NCBI GenBank assembly: GCA_964525185.1
Contig: CAZGFQ010000008.1
Location: 7,603 to 71,602 of the forward strand
Direction of reading: 5' to 3'
Source of the DNA: an uncultured bacterium
GTDB taxonomy: Bacteria; Fidelibacterota; Marinisomatia; Marinisomatales; UBA1611
Length of the DNA: 64,000 bases
Shown: positions 58,856-64,000 of the stretch, piece by piece
How positions within the stretch are numbered: position 1 is the stretch's first letter
Layout of the letters: every line of letters starts with the position of its first letter
Position numbers and translations under genes: made by a program
The notes under the pieces: generated by a model
The model's database searches: none
Seen by the model: the letters and a program-made list of their open reading frames with translations, nothing else
Told to the model about the DNA's origin: nothing

Positions 58856-61162
58856 TTAAAAGCTAAATGCTGTCTCGATTGTTGTTTGTTGAATCGGCTC
58901 TAAACCATTGCCAATATCTTGGTAATACTGTTTGTAGTCCCATATTAAGCTGACACCTTTGCTTAATTCATATCCTACTTTATATCCCATAACAGTATTT
59001 ACAGAAGGATTTTCAAAATCGAATGGATTTTCATCATTATTTCTCTGATAATATGCAGTCGCCATACTCAATTTTGGAATATTTTCTGTATTCAAATTTA
59101 AATAAGCAGTAAAACTATTTATTTCAACTGTATCAGCCTTCATATTGGCATATGAAGCTACAAAATCAACAATATTGAAAATATTAAATGATGCTGATCC
59201 AAAATATCCTGTACTTGTAGTTGTATTGTCCACATTTTCAAATACAAGCATATCTTTTGTTTTTACAACAGTTGTATCACCTGTTGTAAATGTTGATACA
59301 CGATTTAGATCATACCCTTGATCAAAGAATTGCGGCACATAAGAACCGGAAATCATTCTATATTCTAATGATAGATTTATAAAAGCTAACCGCGTTCTAA
59401 TACCAGGAGCCGTAATGCCCGTTCCACTTCTTTTAATACGGAATGTGTCCGAATCAGTTGATACCACTTCTGGGAAGGATAATGAATTAAATTCAGAATA
59501 AATATCAAATGAAAATAATTTATTACTAAATACAGGATATCCTATATCCACACTGAACCCATTTGCGCTAGATTTATTATTTTCTAAACTAAAAGGATCA
59601 ATTTTTAAGGTAATATTTTCATCTAATTGAACTGTATCATCTATTCCTTCCACCATTCCTGGATAAATCCAGTCAGTTAATCCATCCCCATCTACATCTA
59701 ATTCTAATGTATCATTATCTGCAATTCCATCTCCATCTGTGTCTTTAGAGTATAAATTATTGTCAGGGAAATCATCAAAAATATCTGGGATGAAATCATC
59801 ATCCTTATCTTTTAAACCAGAAAATTGATTCACGTCAGTTACATAACTAAGGCCCAATCTAAGAGGGAAATTCTCAGACACTGTGTAGGTTGATCTAAAA
59901 CCGATAAGCGTTCCACCACGAGAAAAATCTTTAATATTTCCCATGAATAATTCACCCCCTACAGGACCGAAATTAAACCCTGTTTGGATACCTGTTTTTT
60001 TTATGGATGGATACTCCATCATATTTGAATATCCTTGTACAAGTCCACCATATCCAAGAGTTACATTTTCTAATGCACCCCATTTAAGCCAAAATGGATC
60101 TTGTGCACTTCCATATCGAATAAACATAATTTTGTCTAAAATCATGCTAGGGTCTTCTCTCAATTTAGCCCACTCATCTTCGCGCACATTACCATTATTA
60201 TCAATATACACAACAAGATCAAGGCCAACACCAATTTTACCAATATTTATTTCTGGACGTAGAGCTAATTGATTGTATAAAACACCATCAACCGTTGCCG
60301 AACCAATACCCAATCCCATACCAAAAGGTTTTGGTGGCTTTTGAATATCTGGAGTTCCAGATTCTGGCTCAGGTGCTTCACCTCCTGAATTTGTTTCTGG
60401 GCTAGAATCAGTCGCTTCATTTTCTGGTTCTTCAGGAGTCTCGGGTTCGGATGGTTCTTCAGGTTCAGGTATCCTTTCCGGTTGTTCTACGGGATCTGGC
60501 GATTGTGGTTCTTCTATTGATTCAGTTTCCGGTTCTTCTTCTCTTTCTGAAGGTGGAGTTTCTTCCGTTGGAACATCTGCCTCTGGGTCAGATGGGTAAT
60601 CTGTGGGGCTTGCTGGAGCTTGCATTACATTCCCTGCAATATCAGAAATGGCTTTTTGTCCAGCAGAAACACTGACTGTTTGCCCCGTTGCTTTATTCAT
60701 AACATCAAATAGCCCTTCTCGACCCACGAATTGGTCCACACCTGAAGGGTCCACGATACATGCAAATTCAGTTCCTTTTACCGATGCCACACTTACAGGT
60801 GTTTCTACACGGAATGTTTTACCAGAAACAGACTTTTGAACTTCATTTAAAATTGTTCCAAATTCTATGTTCACCGAACGTGTACTTCGAGTATCCATAA
60901 TTTCAAATTGTGTATTTGGTTTTAATTTAATAATAGATTTATTATCAATATAAATAATGGCAGCAAATCCCTGTTCGCCGACTTTAATGGCATCTCCATT
61001 ATTCACTTCAGCACCCAAAGATGCCTTTTCGCTAAAGGATGTTTGTCCTAACCGTTTGAATAATACATTACCCGACATTTTCATAACGCGAGCAACCGTT
61101 TCAGCTTGTATTAACCCTGTAAATAATGTGATTGAAATAAAAAAATGTTTAAAAAATTGCAT
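58856..61162 (-). CDS. FecR-domain protein with a Pro/Glu-rich linker and a C-terminal putative beta-barrel carrying Asp-rich (TSP3-like) repeats
   Basis: Signal peptide from the internal ATG at 61162. FecR-like beta-sandwich (GDAIKVGEQGFAAIIY...TPVSVASVKGTEF). Pro/Glu-rich linker at about 60326-60616. DTDGDGIADND...DVDGDGLTD at about 59663-59812. It ends in FSF. Confidence 0.6.
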   Translation of the reverse strand: MQFFKHFFISITLFTGLIQAETVARVMKMSGNVLFKRLGQTSFSEKASLGAEVNNGDAIKVGEQGFAAIIYIDNKSIIKLKPNTQFEIMDTRSTRSVNIEFGTILNEVQKSVSGKTFRVETPVSVASVKGTEFACIVDPSGVDQFVGREGLFDVMNKATGQTVSVSAGQKAISDIAGNVMQAPASPTDYPSDPEADVPTEETPPSEREEEPETESIEEPQSPDPVEQPERIPEPEEPSEPETPEEPENEATDSSPETNSGGEAPEPESGTPDIQKPPKPFGMGLGIGSATVDGVLYNQLALRPEINIGKIGVGLDLVVYIDNNGNVREDEWAKLREDPSMILDKIMFIRYGSAQDPFWLKWGALENVTLGYGGLVQGYSNMMEYPSIKKTGIQTGFNFGPVGGELFMGNIKDFSRGGTLIGFRSTYTVSENFPLRLGLSYVTDVNQFSGLKDKDDDFIPDIFDDFPDNNLYSKDTDGDGIADNDTLELDVDGDGLTDWIYPGMVEGIDDTVQLDENITLKIDPFSLENNKSSANGFSVDIGYPVFSNKLFSFDIYSEFNSLSFPEVVSTDSDTFRIKRSGTGITAPGIRTRLAFINLSLEYRMISGSYVPQFFDQGYDLNRVSTFTTGDTTVVKTKDMLVFENVDNTTTSTGYFGSASFNIFNIVDFVASYANMKADTVEINSFTAYLNLNTENIPKLSMATAYYQRNNDENPFDFENPSVNTVMGYKVGYELSKGVSLIWDYKQYYQDIGNGLEPIQQTTIETAFSF

Positions 61163-61197
61163 ATGATAACTCCAATGCGTGTGTTTTTCTAAATTGA

Positions 61198-63972
61198 CTA
61201 TGTTGAAATTTTCTTCTCTAAAGCTTCCTTCACTAAGAGAGCAATATGAAAATACGGCTTCCCAGTAGATTTTCCCATACCGATTTCGCATGTTCTTCCC
61301 GACGAATATCCTTTATCAAAATCGCCAATCTTACTTAATTCTTCAACTTCATATTTTGTCGCATTATGCGTTAATTCTGGGAATTTCAATCCTCTGTCTC
61401 CTGCCATTCCGCAACAATGATCTTCTCCTGCCTTATAAACAATTGAGGAACATGTTTGTGCAATATCCATCATTTTATCATTTAATGACAATTTCGTATT
61501 AGAACATGTTGGATGAATGGCTATTATTTGATCTAGTTTCTTAATTGGATGAGATTGAACCAATTCATGCAAAAATGATACTGAATCCAAAATTGTTAAG
61601 GATGTCCACTTCTTTTTCACTTTTTCTGAAAGATATTTCCCTTGGGAAATCACATGGTAGGTGCATGGCGACATATCAACAATGATGGGTATTAGACCAT
61701 TATTTGAAGACTTATAAAGAGCATTCACAGTTTTTTCTAAAGATAATTGAGCTCGATTGTATTGTCCACGTGAGTGGTAAACCATGCCACAACATAAGTC
61801 ATCTATTTTTTCGGGCACAGCCAAGGTTAAGCCACAATAATTACCAATATCAACCATATGTTGAGCAAGAGATACTTCTCCCCCGTCAGGTGATAAAATG
61901 CGATTTGCGCAGGTTGAGAATAAAATATAATCTACATTCTCTGTTTTGGTGGGTTGGTGGAATTTAATTGTTTGAGATAATTCCTTTGACCAAATCGGAA
62001 TTCTCTTATTAGAAATAGAATGCATATATTTGGAAATATTCGTCAATATAGATGGAGATATTTTCGATATAATATTGATTATTTTAAGAACCCCTTTAAT
62101 TAGAGATGTAATAAAGGTAAAATGCTCTACAATCCACGATGCGTCTAATGATGAATCTTTTGCTGATAATTGACGTAATTCTTTAACAAATGCTCCTGTA
62201 TTAATATTGACAGGGCAAGACATTTCACATAGACCATCTACAGCACATGTATCTTCCAAAACATATTTTAATTCTTTTGTTATTTTCTTTTTTTCTGAAG
62301 GACTTAATTCTTCTAATTCCCTCGCTAGAATGATACGTTGTCTAGGGGTTAATGATAAACCATTAGACGGGCATATTTTTTCACAAAAACCGCATTCAAC
62401 ACATAAATCTATTTCATCATTTACTTTAGGCAATATCTTTAAATTGCTTAAATGATGTTTTTTATCTGTATTGATTAACACGCCTGGATTTAAAATATTA
62501 TGTGGATCTGAAAGTGATTTTACTTCTTTCATTATGTCATATAATTCATGTCCCCATTCCATTTCTACAAAGGGTGCCATATTCCGACCTGTGCCATGTT
62601 CGGCCTTTAGAGATCCATTTAGTTTTCCGATTGTTAAATCTGCCATTTCATCAATGAGTTTTTCATATTGGTCAATGGATTTTTGGTTTTCTAAGTCTAC
62701 AGATGCCACAAAATGGATATTACCATCTTTGGCGTGGCCGAACGTGACAGCATCTTCTGTATCCGTTCTTTTAAAAATATCTAATAAACCTAAAACTGCT
62801 TGTCCAAGTTGGCTAGAATCCACAGCAATATCTTCTGTAATAACGCTAGTGCCAGATTTTCTTAATGCCCCTACAGTTGGGTAAAGCCCCTTTCGTAAAG
62901 TCCATAAATTCATTCGAGTCATTTCATCTTCAGTAAATTGCCCAGACAAGTATCCATTGGATGATTGAATAAATTGAGACACATGTCCCACTTTATCATG
63001 CAATTGCTCCAAATAATTATCTTCATATTCCACGAGTAGAGCGGCGCTATTTTCAGGTATATTCTTATGAGAAATAGGTGAATTAGATAAATATTTTGCT
63101 GTTAATAAGGATGAGTAATCCATGTATTCTAAGCTTGAAACACCCAATTCCGCTAAATGGGGAACTAAATCACAAGCATGAATCGTATTTTCAAATAAAA
63201 ATAATCCTGTCGATTTTTCAGGTGGATCTGGAACAGTATTTAAAATGACTTCAGATAAAAAAGCTAATGTTCCTTCTGAGCCCACGAGTAAGTGAGTGAA
63301 AATATCCATCGGATGGTCATAATCAAGAAAAGCATTCAAACTATAACCCATCGTATTTTTTATGCGATATTTTGATCGAATTTTCTCTACAAGGTTGGGT
63401 TTATTTTTAATATTTTTTCTTAACTGACTTAATCCATTTGTTAACTTAGACTCAACCTCAATGAATCGTGCTCTATCTTCTGTTTGATCAGAATTGTAAA
63501 TATGACCATTGGCTAAAATAAATCGGATAGATTTTACCGTATGATAAGAATTGAATTCTGTTCCACAGGCCATACCGGACGAATTATTATTCACAATTCC
63601 ACCAATCATAGCAGAATTAATAGATGCAGGGTCAGGACCGATTTTCATGCAAGACGATTTTAACATGAGATTTGCTCGAGAACCAATAACTCCTGGTTGC
63701 ATCTGAATTGCATACCCGTTATCTAAAATACTGCTTTTCTGCCAATGACGAGATATGTCTGCAATTATTCCATTTGAAACGGATTGACCAGATAGCGAAG
63801 TCCCTCCTGCGCGAAATGTGACTGAAGTATTATTTTGTGTTGCATAAGAAAGCAATTCAATAATGTCCGGTTCAGTTTTTGGCCAAATGACTCCCTGTGG
63901 AACGATTCGGTAAATACTCGCATCTCGGGAGTAGGCAAGACGATTAATCAATCCTGTTGATATAGATTTCAT
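61198..63972 (-). CDS. FAD-binding oxidase fused to 4Fe-4S and CCG (Cys-rich) domains (D-lactate / 2-hydroxyacid dehydrogenase-like, YdiJ-type)
   Basis: FAD_binding_4-type N-terminus (RAGGTSLSGQS), ferredoxin motifs (CVECGFCEKICP, CAVDGLCEMSCP), and C-terminal Cys-rich CCG-like repeats. 924 aa. Confidence 0.85.
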   Translation of the reverse strand: MKSISTGLINRLAYSRDASIYRIVPQGVIWPKTEPDIIELLSYATQNNTSVTFRAGGTSLSGQSVSNGIIADISRHWQKSSILDNGYAIQMQPGVIGSRANLMLKSSCMKIGPDPASINSAMIGGIVNNNSSGMACGTEFNSYHTVKSIRFILANGHIYNSDQTEDRARFIEVESKLTNGLSQLRKNIKNKPNLVEKIRSKYRIKNTMGYSLNAFLDYDHPMDIFTHLLVGSEGTLAFLSEVILNTVPDPPEKSTGLFLFENTIHACDLVPHLAELGVSSLEYMDYSSLLTAKYLSNSPISHKNIPENSAALLVEYEDNYLEQLHDKVGHVSQFIQSSNGYLSGQFTEDEMTRMNLWTLRKGLYPTVGALRKSGTSVITEDIAVDSSQLGQAVLGLLDIFKRTDTEDAVTFGHAKDGNIHFVASVDLENQKSIDQYEKLIDEMADLTIGKLNGSLKAEHGTGRNMAPFVEMEWGHELYDIMKEVKSLSDPHNILNPGVLINTDKKHHLSNLKILPKVNDEIDLCVECGFCEKICPSNGLSLTPRQRIILARELEELSPSEKKKITKELKYVLEDTCAVDGLCEMSCPVNINTGAFVKELRQLSAKDSSLDASWIVEHFTFITSLIKGVLKIINIISKISPSILTNISKYMHSISNKRIPIWSKELSQTIKFHQPTKTENVDYILFSTCANRILSPDGGEVSLAQHMVDIGNYCGLTLAVPEKIDDLCCGMVYHSRGQYNRAQLSLEKTVNALYKSSNNGLIPIIVDMSPCTYHVISQGKYLSEKVKKKWTSLTILDSVSFLHELVQSHPIKKLDQIIAIHPTCSNTKLSLNDKMMDIAQTCSSIVYKAGEDHCCGMAGDRGLKFPELTHNATKYEVEELSKIGDFDKGYSSGRTCEIGMGKSTGKPYFHIALLVKEALEKKIST

Positions 63973-64000
63973 TTTTCTATAGGATTATACCACTCCTGGA

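Noticed and set aside
61163-61291. N-terminal extension of 43 aa on the FecR-barrel ORF, overlapping the end of the upstream FAD/FeS gene.
   Set aside because: The internal ATG at 61162 is followed by a proper signal peptide (MQFFKHFFISITLFTGLIQA), whereas the extension overlaps the 3-prime end of the upstream CDS.
1-64000. Scan by eye for CRISPR arrays, IS/transposase genes, prophage genes, toxin-antitoxin pairs, restriction-modification or other defence systems.
   Set aside because: I saw no regularly spaced repeats, no transposase, integrase or phage-like ORFs, and no small paired ORFs typical of TA modules. A manual scan cannot exclude short or degenerate repeats. A dot-plot or repeat finder would be decisive.

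Overview
This is an AT-rich (judged by eye, not computed), very gene-dense bacterial chromosomal segment. I call 56 protein-coding genes, 4 tRNAs and one long-form SRP RNA. Every CDS, the SRP RNA and 3 of the 4 tRNAs lie on the minus strand; only tRNA-Leu(CAA) is on the plus strand. Many gene junctions are 1-14 nt overlaps (TAATG, ATGA), so long co-transcribed runs are likely.

Most of the content is core housekeeping:
- Translation and central metabolism: gltX-glnS, two tRNA-Ser, obg, monomeric icd, coaD, rsmD, nadD, glyA, gpsA, an acyl-CoA ligase.
- Chaperones, division and cell shape: grpE-dnaJ, ftsEX, mreBCD-mrdA-rodA-cpoB.
- DNA uptake, replication and repair: dprA, comEA, dnaX-ybaB-recR next to ffs, pgsA-pgpA-cinA-thpR-recA-recX.
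- Envelope and transport: bamD, a TatT-type TRAP transporter.

A PorV-like barrel and a protein with a type IX secretion (T9SS) C-terminal sorting domain point to an FCB-superphylum-like diderm. I cannot refine the taxonomy from sequence alone.

I found no CRISPR array, IS element, integrase, prophage, toxin-antitoxin pair or recognisable defence gene. I therefore cannot claim a clear novel system. The most unusual items, all hypotheses, are:
1. A porV-like / catalytically dead M6-like T9SS cargo / HExxH-propeller-Omp85 fusion / DUF5683-like / bamD outer-membrane block.
2. A degenerate PurL-fold protein whose start overlaps the recX stop, downstream of recA-recX.
3. An A9G slippery run in dnaX, with near-immediate stops in both alternative frames.
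4. A gpsA whose Rossmann motif lies upstream of any ATG/GTG/TTG.
5. A comEA / pilin-like / GspL-topology trio.
6. A FecR-domain / Pro-Glu linker / beta-barrel protein followed by three unknown genes.

The supplied ORF track translates GTG and TTG starts as M (seen at 45353 and 12723), so several starts are uncertain. All family assignments come from motif recognition by eye and memory, not from searches.
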